From Erysipelotrichaceae bacterium (GTDB lineage: Bacteria; Bacillota_I; Bacilli_A; Erysipelotrichales; Erysipelotrichaceae), in assembly GCA_963663995.1 (NCBI GenBank), contig OY760660.1, positions 870,001 to 902,000 of the forward strand: 32,000 nt of DNA, in the 5' to 3' direction. How positions within the stretch are numbered: position 1 is the stretch's first letter; each line of letters opens with the position of its first letter. Below are positions 1 to 8,756 of the stretch, in pieces. Both the position numbers and the translations under genes were made by a program. Below the pieces are notes generated by a model. It was not told the DNA's origin. It ran no database searches and saw only the letters and a list, made by a program, of their open reading frames with translations.

Positions 1-954
1 GCTCTTATTGAGTCGTTTAATTGCTTTTTGTCTTTTTTAATTGAATCAACCAAATCTGTTAACTTTAAATTATATTTCTTTGTTTTTATAATTTGATTTA
101 AAATAGTTTCAGTTCTAGAGATATAGTTTTCGTTAAGGAGTCCTCGTTTAAATGAAATTCTATTAGCAACTATCATTCCAATCGCAACAGCAGTTCCATG
201 TGGTACTTTATAATTTGTTGCTGATTCGATAGCATGTCCAAAGGTATGGGCAAAGTTTAACAATACTCTCTCATTACGATCAAATTCATCTTTTTGAATA
301 TAATTTTTTTTAAAATTTAATGAAAAAGTATTATATTTTATGATAGTTTTTGAATCTCTCTTTAATAATAAATCAACATCTTTTTCAAGTCGATTTAACC
401 CCTCAAATCCATACATTAAGTTGAATTTAACAACTTCTCCTAGACCACTTAAATAATCCATTTCAAGTAAACTTTTAAAAAAAATTTGTATTTATATATA
501 TTTTTGTTGGTGGATAAAAAGTTCCTAATAAATTCTTAAAATTCTTGTAGTTAAGAGATGTTTTCCCTCCAATACAACTATCAGCTGATGCTAACAATGT
601 TGTTGGAAAAAACACCCAATCTATCCCTCGATATAACACATTCGCAATAAAACCAGTTAAATCTTGAACAATACCACCGCCAATTGAAACTAATCTAGCA
701 TTTCTTTTCCCTGGTATTTCAATCATCTTATCTAAAATATTAAATACTGTTTTTATGTTTTTATTTTTTTCAGTGGCTTTTAACAAAAATAATCTATTTG
801 AAGGTATGCCATCTAAAAAATCATTGCTATAAAGTGAATAGACTTTGCTATCAACAACATAAAATGTGTTTTTGTTATCATAAATGATGTCAAATATTGA
901 TGATTTTTTTGTAAATGTAACTTCGTAATTTTTTAGTTGTGATTTAATTTTCAT
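1..954 (-). pseudogene. 3-dehydroquinate-synthase-like gene (DHQS / sugar-phosphate-cyclase superfamily), split by a frameshift in an 8-nt homopolymer. Its 3' end leaves the window.
   Basis: ORF 475..954 has its true ATG at 954..952, forming ATGA with the upstream TGA. It encodes the nucleotide-binding half, including 'RLVSIGGGIVQDLTGFIA'. It stops at TAA 475-477, at the edge of an A8 run (477-484; T8 on the coding strand). My hand translation of the minus strand from 476 to 1, shifted by one base, is open to the window edge. It reads KSLLEMDYLSGLGEVVKFN...LNFAHTFGHAIESATNYKVPHGTAVAIGM...SIKKDKKQL. These are the metal-binding His motifs and the C-terminal DKK motif of DHQS-type enzymes. Confidence 0.75.
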
Positions 955-1616
955 TGAACTGAATAGCCCCCATCGATTACAATTTCTTGACCTGTAATAT
1001 ATGTATTTTTTTCGGAACATAAATAAAAAACTATTTCAGCAATTTCTTCTGGTTGAGCTAGTCTTTTTAATGGAATGGTTTCTGCTATTTTTCCTATTTG
1101 TTCTGTTGAATTATTTTTACTTGTTAGTTCTGTTAATGTAAACCCTGGGCATACTGTATTAACGAGTATATTTTCATTTGCTACTTCAAGAGCTAACGTT
1201 GTTGTGATTCCATGAATACCTCTTTTTGTTGCACTATAAATTCCTCTTCCAGGTTTTGAAACAACTGACCATATTGATGCAATATTTACAATCCTTCCAT
1301 ACTTTTGAGTTTTCATTTTTGGAACAAATGATTTAAGTAGATAGATAGGCGCGATTAAATTTATATTGAATGTATTTTCGATATCTGTTTCTTTAACATT
1401 TTCAATAAGATTAATTTCATTTATTCCAGCATTATTTACTAAAACATCATAGGTATCATTTTTATGATTCTCAATAAATTTTTTAATTGAGTCTATATTG
1501 CTTAAATCTAGTTCATTTCTTGTGGGTGCATAAACAAAATAACCATTACTTTCAAATATTTTTTTAATTTCTAATCCAATCCCTCTAGAACCACCTGTCA
1601 ATAAAACTTTTTTCAT
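951..1616 (-). CDS. Classical short-chain dehydrogenase/reductase (FabG-like); candidate ketoreductase of the sugar pathway (YerF-like role)
   Basis: Carries TGGSRGIG (TGxxxGxG) and YSATK (YxxxK). I place the start at ATG 1616, which has a GGAGA Shine-Dalgarno 6 nt upstream and lies 1 nt after the upstream stop. The ORF-track start at 1643 would overlap the upstream gene by 26 nt. Confidence 0.8.
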   Translation of the reverse strand: MKKVLLTGGSRGIGLEIKKIFESNGYFVYAPTRNELDLSNIDSIKKFIENHKNDTYDVLVNNAGINEINLIENVKETDIENTFNINLIAPIYLLKSFVPKMKTQKYGRIVNIASIWSVVSKPGRGIYSATKRGIHGITTTLALEVANENILVNTVCPGFTLTELTSKNNSTEQIGKIAETIPLKRLAQPEEIAEIVFYLCSEKNTYITGQEIVIDGGYSVQ

Positions 1617-1617
1617 T

Positions 1618-3414
1618 TTATTCTCCAAATTTAATACTTTCATATTCTTCTCGATCTAAGAATGGAAACATATCATCTATTCTTGGAGAAACTATCGTTC
1701 CATCTTCTAAAACTTTTGATGATAATTTTGGTTCAAAGTTTTGTTCTACATCTAAAATAACTTCGCATAGAATTGGACCTTTTTCTCTTAACACATTGTT
1801 TAATATTTCATCTAATTTGGAATGGTTATCAATTTTTTTATATTTTATATCATATGCATATGCAATTTTTTCCAACTCAGGAAAACTTACACCATTATCA
1901 GAACACACACCTATTAAATCTTTTTTAGTCAAGTTCTTTTGAGTTTGTCTAATCGAGTGATATCCATTATTATTTAGCACAAATAAAACAATATCTAAAT
2001 TGTAATGCTTAATAGTTTGTAATTCTTGTATATTCATTTGTAAGCTTCCATCGCCTTCAAAACAAATGATTTTTTCACCAGTTGCAATATTAGCTCCAAT
2101 CGCTGCAGGTAATCCATAACCCATTGAAGCACAACCTGAATTTGTATATAACCTTTGTCCTTTTTTGATTTTCGCCGCTTGAAATGATATAACACATGCT
2201 GAACCATTACTTGTTACTACTTTTTGATTTTCATTCAACAAATTAAAACATTTATCCATGAAAATATAGGGATTAACATACTCATTATTTTGATAATATT
2301 CTTTTCTTACTACTGGATATTTATTATTTGTTTCACGACACCACCTTAACCAATTGTCAAATTTATTGTCACAAGTATTTAGTGATAGATATTTATTTAG
2401 TGAAATCAAAACATCTTTTACATTAGCATGTATTGGAAAATCAATAGATAAAGTAGGTTTTAATAATTCATTTTGATCTATATCAACCATTATTTTAAAA
2501 GCGTTTTTTGCGAAATTTCTAAAATTATAGCTAATTTGTCTAATATTTAATCGACTCCCAAGAACTAGTAACAAGTCAGCATTTTCAACAACAAAATTGC
2601 CTCCTCTAGTTCCAATAGTACCTGGTCTTCCACAAAATAAAGGATGATCATCCCATAATGTATCATGTGCATTCCACGCTGTTACAACAGGAATATTTAG
2701 TTTCTCTATTAATTGAATAAACTCTTTATTTGCATCTGCTAATCTAATACCACTACCTACAAAAACAACAGGTTTTTTAGAATTGTTTATTTTATCAATA
2801 ATTTTCGGACTTAATAATTCATCGTAAATAGGTGTTTGTGTATCAGTATATACATTATTTTTTCTTATTAACTGATCTGTATCGATTATTGCTGCTTGAA
2901 CATCAAGTGGAATATCTAACCAAACTGGTCCTTTACGCCCAGAATTAGCCTCATTCCAAGCTTCTTCTAAGTGAAAGAGAATTTCATTTTCATGCATTAC
3001 AATTTGAGAATATTTAGTCATAGAGTTAACACAATCAGTTATATTAAACTCTTGATCACCTAATTGTCTTAGTTTTATATCAGTTGATTTAATTGTAGTT
3101 TCACGTTTAACTTGTCCAGATATGACAAACATTGGTATAGAGTCTAACCACGCACCTAAAACACCCGTTAAAGCATTTGTTCCTCCAGGACCGCTTGTTA
3201 CACAAACTAAAGGTAAATTCCCTGTCATTCTTGCATAAGATTCAGCAGCAATTGCACATGCTTGCTCATGATGTTGATAGTAACTCTTTAATTCTGGATG
3301 GTGTCCAAAAGAATCGTTTAGATGCATTGCACCACCACCTGTTATTGTAAATACATCTTTAACACCTTTTGATACGAAAAAATTCGCTATGAAATCTGAT
3401 ACTTTAATTTTCAT
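1618..3414 (-). CDS. Thiamine-diphosphate-dependent enzyme, acetolactate-synthase large-subunit-like (598 aa); candidate YerE-like two-carbon branching enzyme
   Basis: The ThDP-binding motif GDGSLQMNIQELQT...NNNGY is present. The N-terminal Pyr domain shows 'GGGAMHLND...HEQACAIAAESYAR'. The three-domain length is typical of AHAS/YerE-type enzymes. The gene overlaps the upstream gene by 11 nt. Confidence 0.8.
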   Translation of the reverse strand: MKIKVSDFIANFFVSKGVKDVFTITGGGAMHLNDSFGHHPELKSYYQHHEQACAIAAESYARMTGNLPLVCVTSGPGGTNALTGVLGAWLDSIPMFVISGQVKRETTIKSTDIKLRQLGDQEFNITDCVNSMTKYSQIVMHENEILFHLEEAWNEANSGRKGPVWLDIPLDVQAAIIDTDQLIRKNNVYTDTQTPIYDELLSPKIIDKINNSKKPVVFVGSGIRLADANKEFIQLIEKLNIPVVTAWNAHDTLWDDHPLFCGRPGTIGTRGGNFVVENADLLLVLGSRLNIRQISYNFRNFAKNAFKIMVDIDQNELLKPTLSIDFPIHANVKDVLISLNKYLSLNTCDNKFDNWLRWCRETNNKYPVVRKEYYQNNEYVNPYIFMDKCFNLLNENQKVVTSNGSACVISFQAAKIKKGQRLYTNSGCASMGYGLPAAIGANIATGEKIICFEGDGSLQMNIQELQTIKHYNLDIVLFVLNNNGYHSIRQTQKNLTKKDLIGVCSDNGVSFPELEKIAYAYDIKYKKIDNHSKLDEILNNVLREKGPILCEVILDVEQNFEPKLSSKVLEDGTIVSPRIDDMFPFLDREEYESIKFGE

Positions 3415-5047
3415 GTTTTAATTCCTCTCTCAATAAATCTTTAATTTCTAAAGTATATAAGCTTTTAGTTATAAAATTCAAATCTAAATTACTAAAATTT
3501 CTTTTTAGACTACTAATTGTATCAATATTGATTTCAATAGCTCTTTCTTTTGTAAATGAATAGTTCATATTAGGATGAACATAGTTTGATGTTATTGCCT
3601 TTGTATATCCATCAAAACCTGCTAAATTGATACTCTTGACATCTAAACTTTTTAATAATTTTATTGCCATTATTAATGGGTTATCCTTAAATTCAGCGTC
3701 TGTATCTATCAAACTACCAAAATCTAAAACAAAATCAAAATCGCCTTCACTTTTACGTATATTTGACATAGCAATAACTTTGAAATTTGAATTCTTGTTA
3801 TTTACTTGAGTTGATATTTGTACATATCGCTTTGAATTACTTAAAAATAAATAATTAATATTATATTCTGGAATGAAATTGAGTGATATTACAATTGGAT
3901 TCTTTAAATTAATAAATAAGTCTATTAAATCTTTTTGATTATTTATTGAGTTTCCTGGGCCGATTAAAAGTATATCTTTATGTGATAATTCACTTTGAAG
4001 TGTAGTAATAACACCAGCATTAATAAGCCTATTGGATTGATAATCAAAATATAATTTCTCAATCAACTTTTCATCATAGTCGAGTCGGCTTGATTCATTT
4101 ATTGATTTTAAGATGGTATCAATAGATGAAACAGACAATGTTTGCCGATCTAATAAATAGGTAACATAATTAGGATGGCAATGATTTGATGCGGCCATAA
4201 AGAGTTTTAGAGTATATCCCCAAGGTTTCTCTTTGAAAATATTAATTAAGGTTACATCTATGGCTTCTAATAGTTGAGTAATATCGTAATTCCCATTTAA
4301 ATTGTCATTCATATACATGGCAAGAAGTTCTGTTGGTGCATTGCCTGCCCCTTTACCCATTCCGAATACACTACCATCTACCATTAAACTTCGATCACTT
4401 TTTACATGATTTATCATTTCTATACAATTCGAATAGGCTAATTGAAAATTATTATGTGAATGAAAACCTAGATTTATTTTTAAATCTAATTTTTCATCAG
4501 CAATATCAACATAATTTAAAAGTCCTTCTCTATGTAATAAACCATAAGTGTCGACAATAGAAAATGCAAAAGGTGATACTTTATTCACTTTATCCATTAA
4601 CTCTATGAATTCATCAGTACTATAACTAGTTATTGAAACAGCTTGTACAAATACTTTATATCCTTTTCTTATCAATTCGGAACAAAATTGTAAAGCCGCA
4701 TCTGCTTTAGGTTTCTTGAAGATAACCCTTATTCCATCTAAATAACAATTCTTTGCATCATCAATCGCACTTATTGGACAAGTTCCAAAATCAATCATCC
4801 CAACAACCATTGTATTTTTCTTATCTAGATGAGATAGATTTTTTGTGTAGGATTTTGAATCTGGTTGAATGGTTCGATCAATACTGTATGCTTGTCTTTC
4901 ATCCATAAACCCAACTTCTATAATGTCTATATTAGCACTTACAATTCGTTCAAATATATTAGATATACTTTCCTTACCGAAATTCCATTCATTAACATAA
5001 CCACCATCTCGTAAAGTACAATCCAAAATTTGTATTTTCTTATTCAT
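3404..5047 (-). CDS. Fusion protein: N-terminal DRE-TIM (HMGL-like) aldolase / pyruvate-carboxyltransferase domain plus a C-terminal domain of about 200 aa of uncertain family (possibly MptE/DUF115-like)
   Basis: 'ILDCTLRDGG' lies at residues 6-15 and 'GFHSHNNFQLAYSN' (HxH metal site) follows; both are hallmarks of DRE-TIM metallolyases. The C-terminal part ('ILLIGPGNSI...', '...SINLAGFDGY') resembles the Rossmann-like MptE/Maf (DUF115) fold. That resemblance rests on my memory of family motifs only. Confidence 0.65.
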   Translation of the reverse strand: MNKKIQILDCTLRDGGYVNEWNFGKESISNIFERIVSANIDIIEVGFMDERQAYSIDRTIQPDSKSYTKNLSHLDKKNTMVVGMIDFGTCPISAIDDAKNCYLDGIRVIFKKPKADAALQFCSELIRKGYKVFVQAVSITSYSTDEFIELMDKVNKVSPFAFSIVDTYGLLHREGLLNYVDIADEKLDLKINLGFHSHNNFQLAYSNCIEMINHVKSDRSLMVDGSVFGMGKGAGNAPTELLAMYMNDNLNGNYDITQLLEAIDVTLINIFKEKPWGYTLKLFMAASNHCHPNYVTYLLDRQTLSVSSIDTILKSINESSRLDYDEKLIEKLYFDYQSNRLINAGVITTLQSELSHKDILLIGPGNSINNQKDLIDLFINLKNPIVISLNFIPEYNINYLFLSNSKRYVQISTQVNNKNSNFKVIAMSNIRKSEGDFDFVLDFGSLIDTDAEFKDNPLIMAIKLLKSLDVKSINLAGFDGYTKAITSNYVHPNMNYSFTKERAIEINIDTISSLKRNFSNLDLNFITKSLYTLEIKDLLREELKHEN

Positions 5048-5448
5048 ACGACCACCTTTTTCTTAAAGACCCAAAATTTATTTAATAAATAATTTAATGG
5101 AATTGAATAAACTAAATTAAAAATTGGAGCAATAGTCTCCGAAACATTAAAACCTTCTATCATAATAACTAAAGTTAAAGTGTTTATGAAGAAGGTGAAA
5201 GCGTAACTTATATATGTTTTTAACAATTCTTTAAAATTGAATTTATTACTAAAAAATACATACTTATGATTCCAATAATATGAGTTAAAAACACCGATTA
5301 TAAATCCAGATGTATTTGCAATAGCATAATGTACATTTAGAAAAATCAATAAATAATATACACAAAATGAAACAATAGTATTACTTAAACCTACTATTGA
5401 AAATTTAATAATTTCAACAATATCTAAACTATTTAATTTACTCAACAT
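5044..5448 (-). CDS. GtrA/GtcA-family small membrane protein (putative polyprenyl-phosphate-sugar flippase)
   Basis: 134 aa with four predicted TM helices. It has an N-terminal 'KFSIVGLSNTIVSF' and a C-terminal 'LNKFWVFKKK', typical of the GtrA family. It overlaps the downstream gene as ATGA and abuts the rfbH stop. Confidence 0.75.
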   Translation of the reverse strand: MLSKLNSLDIVEIIKFSIVGLSNTIVSFCVYYLLIFLNVHYAIANTSGFIIGVFNSYYWNHKYVFFSNKFNFKELLKTYISYAFTFFINTLTLVIMIEGFNVSETIAPIFNLVYSIPLNYLLNKFWVFKKKVVV

Positions 5449-6756
5449 TTATTTGGTTTTTTCCTCAAAAAAGGACTTAAATACAGACCCAATATATTCC
5501 ATTATTTTTTCATCAATACCAGGATATACCCCTATAAAGAATGTGTTGTTCATGACTGTATCGGTATTAGTAAGTTCACCAATTACTTTAATATCTTGGT
5601 CTAAATAAGCAGGTTGTTTTGTCATATTTCCAGCAAATAATTGTCTTGTCATAATTTTATTGCTTTCAAGATAATTAACAATTTCATTTTTATTAAAATA
5701 TTCATTTGAAATAACAGTAATTGGAAAACCAAACCAAGATGGATTTGAATTTACTTCAGCTTTTGGTAAAATCAAGAATTCTTTATATTTATCTAAAATT
5801 GTAGTTAATCTATTAAAATTCTCTCTGCGTTTTTCTATAAATAAAGGTAATTTTTCAAGTTGCGCACATCCAATAGCAGCTTGCATATCTGTAACTTTTA
5901 AATTGTAACCTATATGTGAATAAACATATTTATGATCATAACCATATGGTAATTCACCGTACTGTGTTTTAAATCTCCTACCACATGTATCATTTTGACC
6001 TGGATCACAGTAACAATCTCTACCCCAATCTCTATATGATTGAATAATAGTTTTTAATAATGGATTGTTTGTAAGTACTGCACCACCTTCGCCCATAGTA
6101 ATATGATGAGCAGGATAAAAGCTAACAGTTGAAATATCTCCAAATGAACCTACTTTTCTATTATCATAAATTGAGCCAACAGCATCACAACAATCTTCAA
6201 CTAAAAAAAGATTATACTTCTTACTAATTTCTACGATTTTTCCAAGATTAAATGGATTACCCAAGGTATGAGCTAAAACTATAGCTTTTGTTTTTGTAGT
6301 AATTGCTTTTTCTAATTGCTCTACATTTACATTATATGTTTCTAAATCAACATCTACAAAAACAGGGATAAGTCCATTTTGAATGATTGGATTTACTGTC
6401 GTTGGAAAACCGGCAGCTACAGTAATAACTTCATCACCTTTACGTAGTTGTCGTTCACCTAATTTTGATGAAGTTAATGCTGAAACAGCCAATAAATTTG
6501 CAGATGAACCTGAATTAGTGAGTAAACAATATCTGTTGTCCATAAATTTCGCAAAATCTTTTTCAAATTGAGCGGCATATCTACCAGTTGTTAACCAGAA
6601 ATCGAGTGACGAATCCACCAATTTCACAAGTTCATTATCATCAAAAATTCGACCAGCAAATGGTATTAATGTTTTTCCTTCAATAAATTCTTTTTTACTG
6701 AACTCTTCTTCATAATATTCTTTAACTAAAGATAATATTTGTTCTCTTTTACTCAT
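5449..6756 (-). CDS. rfbH: CDP-6-deoxy-L-threo-D-glycero-4-hexulose 3-dehydrase (E1; RfbH/DdhC)
   Basis: DegT/aminotransferase fold. His replaces the PLP lysine ([14 protein letters not shown]). The cysteine spacing is exactly C-X57-C-X1-C-X7-C (..EDCC..[57 aa]..[11 protein letters not shown]), which is the [2Fe-2S] motif characteristic of E1. The N-terminal 'FWLTTGRY' is typical of RfbH. Confidence 0.9.
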   Translation of the reverse strand: MSKREQILSLVKEYYEEEFSKKEFIEGKTLIPFAGRIFDDNELVKLVDSSLDFWLTTGRYAAQFEKDFAKFMDNRYCLLTNSGSSANLLAVSALTSSKLGERQLRKGDEVITVAAGFPTTVNPIIQNGLIPVFVDVDLETYNVNVEQLEKAITTKTKAIVLAHTLGNPFNLGKIVEISKKYNLFLVEDCCDAVGSIYDNRKVGSFGDISTVSFYPAHHITMGEGGAVLTNNPLLKTIIQSYRDWGRDCYCDPGQNDTCGRRFKTQYGELPYGYDHKYVYSHIGYNLKVTDMQAAIGCAQLEKLPLFIEKRRENFNRLTTILDKYKEFLILPKAEVNSNPSWFGFPITVISNEYFNKNEIVNYLESNKIMTRQLFAGNMTKQPAYLDQDIKVIGELTNTDTVMNNTFFIGVYPGIDEKIMEYIGSVFKSFFEEKTK

Positions 6757-7825
6757 TTATTTCTCCTAAATATTCACTTATCTGTTTTAAAACTACTTCA
6801 TTTAAATCTGGAGTTTTAAGTTGGAAGTCAACAAACTCAACTACTTTTTCAATTGTTTTATCAATATCCCACTTTGGGACCCAACTAAATGTTTTATGAA
6901 ACTTTGAACAATCGAGCATTAATAAATTCGCTTCATGTTGCTGTGCTGCAACTTTACCATAGTTAACATTTATAGGATTCATTGAATTCATTTTTAAATG
7001 TTTATTAAATAAATCAACTATTTGCTTTGTTTTTACACAATTTTTCTCTTCCGGCCCAATATTATAAGAAGATGCAAGTTCAAAGTCACTTACTTGTTCT
7101 TTTGCAATCTTAAGATACGCTAATAACGGTTCTAAGACATGTTGGTAAGGCCGAATTGAATTTGGGTTTCTAATCTCTAGAATTTCTTTAGTTTCTAATG
7201 ATCTAATGCAGTCAGGAATTATTCTATTATCAGAAAAATCTCCGCCACCAAGAACATTTCCAGCTCGCATGGTTGAAATAGGTATTTTTTTGTCTTTTAA
7301 GAAAGATCTGTTATAGGTTGCAGTTACTAATTCAGAGCAAGACTTACTATTTGAATAGGGATCATAACCATCTAATACATCATTTTCACGATATCCCCAT
7401 ATCCATTCATTGTTTCTATAAACTTTATCAGTTGTAACATTAACAACTGATATTACACTTTTTGAAAGTCTCACACATTCAAGAACATTTGCCGTTCCCA
7501 TGACATTAATTTCGTAAGTTTCTCTAGGATTTTTATATGATTCTAACACTAATGGTTGTGCTGCCAAATGAAATACTACTTCAGGTTTAAACTCATCAAA
7601 AACACTTTTGAGTTTTTCAAAATCTCTAACATCAGCATAGATTTGTTTAATTTTTTTCTCTTGATTTAGCAATTTATATAAACTAGGCGATGTGTTTGGT
7701 TCTAATGCATACCCAATTATCTTTGCATCAAAATTTAATAGAACTTCTGATAGCCATGAACCTTTAAATCCAGTATTCCCAGTAATAAGAACCTTTTTAT
7801 CTTTATAAAACGATCTCAAACTCAT
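6749..7825 (-). CDS. rfbG: CDP-glucose 4,6-dehydratase
   Basis: Carries '[14 protein letters not shown]' (Rossmann) and 'YSNSK' (YxxxK). Length and context, between rfbF and rfbH, fit. I place the start at ATG 7825, forming ATGA with the rfbF stop; the ORF-track start at 7840 is a 5-codon extension. Confidence 0.88.
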   Translation of the reverse strand: MSLRSFYKDKKVLITGNTGFKGSWLSEVLLNFDAKIIGYALEPNTSPSLYKLLNQEKKIKQIYADVRDFEKLKSVFDEFKPEVVFHLAAQPLVLESYKNPRETYEINVMGTANVLECVRLSKSVISVVNVTTDKVYRNNEWIWGYRENDVLDGYDPYSNSKSCSELVTATYNRSFLKDKKIPISTMRAGNVLGGGDFSDNRIIPDCIRSLETKEILEIRNPNSIRPYQHVLEPLLAYLKIAKEQVSDFELASSYNIGPEEKNCVKTKQIVDLFNKHLKMNSMNPINVNYGKVAAQQHEANLLMLDCSKFHKTFSWVPKWDIDKTIEKVVEFVDFQLKTPDLNEVVLKQISEYLGEINE

Positions 7826-8598
7826 TTCCAAACCTTCCATGGAGCATTATTTGTAGACCATAATTCTTCCAATAATAATTTATCTCTCATAGTATCCATA
7901 CATTGCCAAAAATCGAAATGTTGATATGCACCTAACTTGTTACTTTTCGCCAATTCAACGAGTGGTTCCTTTTCAAAAACCGTTTGATCACCTTCAATAT
8001 AATTAAAAATTTCCGGTTCAACTACCATGAATCCACCGTTTATCCATCCACCATCTTCTTTAACTTTTTCCTGAAAATTAATTATTTTTTGGTTATCGAT
8101 ATCCAAAACTCCAAAACGTCCACCAGGTTGAATTGCTGATATTGTTACAAGGTTGTCAGATTCTTGGTGATTGCTAAGAAGTCCATTGATATCAACATCT
8201 GCTACACCATCACCATAAGTTAATAAAAATGGTTCGTCGCCAATATAATCTTTAACTCTTTTAATTCGGCCACCAGTCATTGTATTAAGTCCTGTATCAA
8301 CGATTGTTACCTTCCAAGGTTCTGCATGATTATTATGAACAATTAAATCTTCACGATTGCCACTGAAATCAAAAGTTATATCAGAATTATGTAAATAATA
8401 ATTTGAAAAATATTCTTTAATTACATATTGTTTGTAACCAGCACAAATAATGAATTCATTAAATCCATATGAAGAATAATATTTCATAATATGCCATAAG
8501 ATTGGTTTTTCACCAATTTCTATCATAGGTTTTGGAACTAAATGTGACTCTTCACTAATACGTGTACCAAAACCTCCCGCTAAAATTACAACTTTCAT
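7822..8598 (-). CDS. rfbF: Glucose-1-phosphate cytidylyltransferase
   Basis: 'MKVVILAGGFGTRISEES...PKPMIEIGEKPILWHIM' is the canonical N-terminus of this enzyme. It is 258 aa. A GAGGGG Shine-Dalgarno lies upstream. It is the first gene of the minus-strand operon. Confidence 0.9.
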   Translation of the reverse strand: MKVVILAGGFGTRISEESHLVPKPMIEIGEKPILWHIMKYYSSYGFNEFIICAGYKQYVIKEYFSNYYLHNSDITFDFSGNREDLIVHNNHAEPWKVTIVDTGLNTMTGGRIKRVKDYIGDEPFLLTYGDGVADVDINGLLSNHQESDNLVTISAIQPGGRFGVLDIDNQKIINFQEKVKEDGGWINGGFMVVEPEIFNYIEGDQTVFEKEPLVELAKSNKLGAYQHFDFWQCMDTMRDKLLLEELWSTNNAPWKVWK

Positions 8599-8717
8599 TT
8601 AATTCCCCTCATAAGATATTTTCTTTATTATTTTATCATTATAATATTAGTAAAAGTAAAATAGAAAAAAATTAATCATCCTACACATTTCTTTTTAAAA
8701 ATTGCCTCATTTTAATA

Positions 8718-8726
8718 TGTTATAAT
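8718..8726 (+). promoter_or_regulatory. Candidate extended -10 promoter element (TGtTATAAT) for the plus-strand glycosylation operon
   Basis: TGTTATAAT lies about 30 nt upstream of the GTG start at 8757, with a GGGGG Shine-Dalgarno at about 8743-8747. The nearest -35-like hexamer (TTGCCT, 8702-8707) has only a 13-nt spacer, so the call rests on the extended -10 alone. Confidence 0.35.
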
Positions 8727-8756
8727 AATTCAAAATTAAGGTCTGGGGGTTCTTCT

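Noticed and set aside
1-954. Reading the DHQS-like gene as aroB of the shikimate pathway
   Set aside because: The gene is the last visible member of a translationally coupled nucleotide-sugar operon, and no other aro genes are nearby. A sugar-modifying or cyclase role is more likely. The family call is kept but the aroB symbol is not assigned.
955-1020. N-terminal extensions offered by the ORF track (955-1020, 1617-1643, 7826-7840, 24984-25004)
   Set aside because: In each case an internal ATG has a better Shine-Dalgarno and/or an ATGA junction with the upstream gene, and matches where the protein family normally starts. The extensions would overlap upstream coding sequence.
1618-3414. Reading the ThDP enzyme as a phosphonopyruvate/sulfopyruvate decarboxylase (phosphonate decoration) or as ilvB
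   Set aside because: There is no PEP mutase or aminotransferase partner for phosphonates. At 598 aa, the three-domain protein is much larger than those decarboxylases. No ilvN, ilvC or ilvD context is present. The AHAS-like YerE-type role fits better but remains an inference.
3627-4560. Plus-strand ORFs 3627..3809 (60 aa) and 4333..4560 (75 aa)
   Set aside because: Both lie entirely antisense to the well-supported aldolase-fusion gene. They are low-complexity products of AT-rich sequence, with no Shine-Dalgarno and no recognisable motif.
6383-6571. Plus-strand ORF of 62 aa inside rfbH
   Set aside because: It is antisense to a high-confidence gene and has no start context, so it is a chance ORF.
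8702-8707. TTGCCT as a -35 box for the plus-strand operon promoter
   Set aside because: It is only 13 nt from the TATAAT at 8721-8726, which is too short a spacer. The promoter call therefore relies on the extended -10 only.
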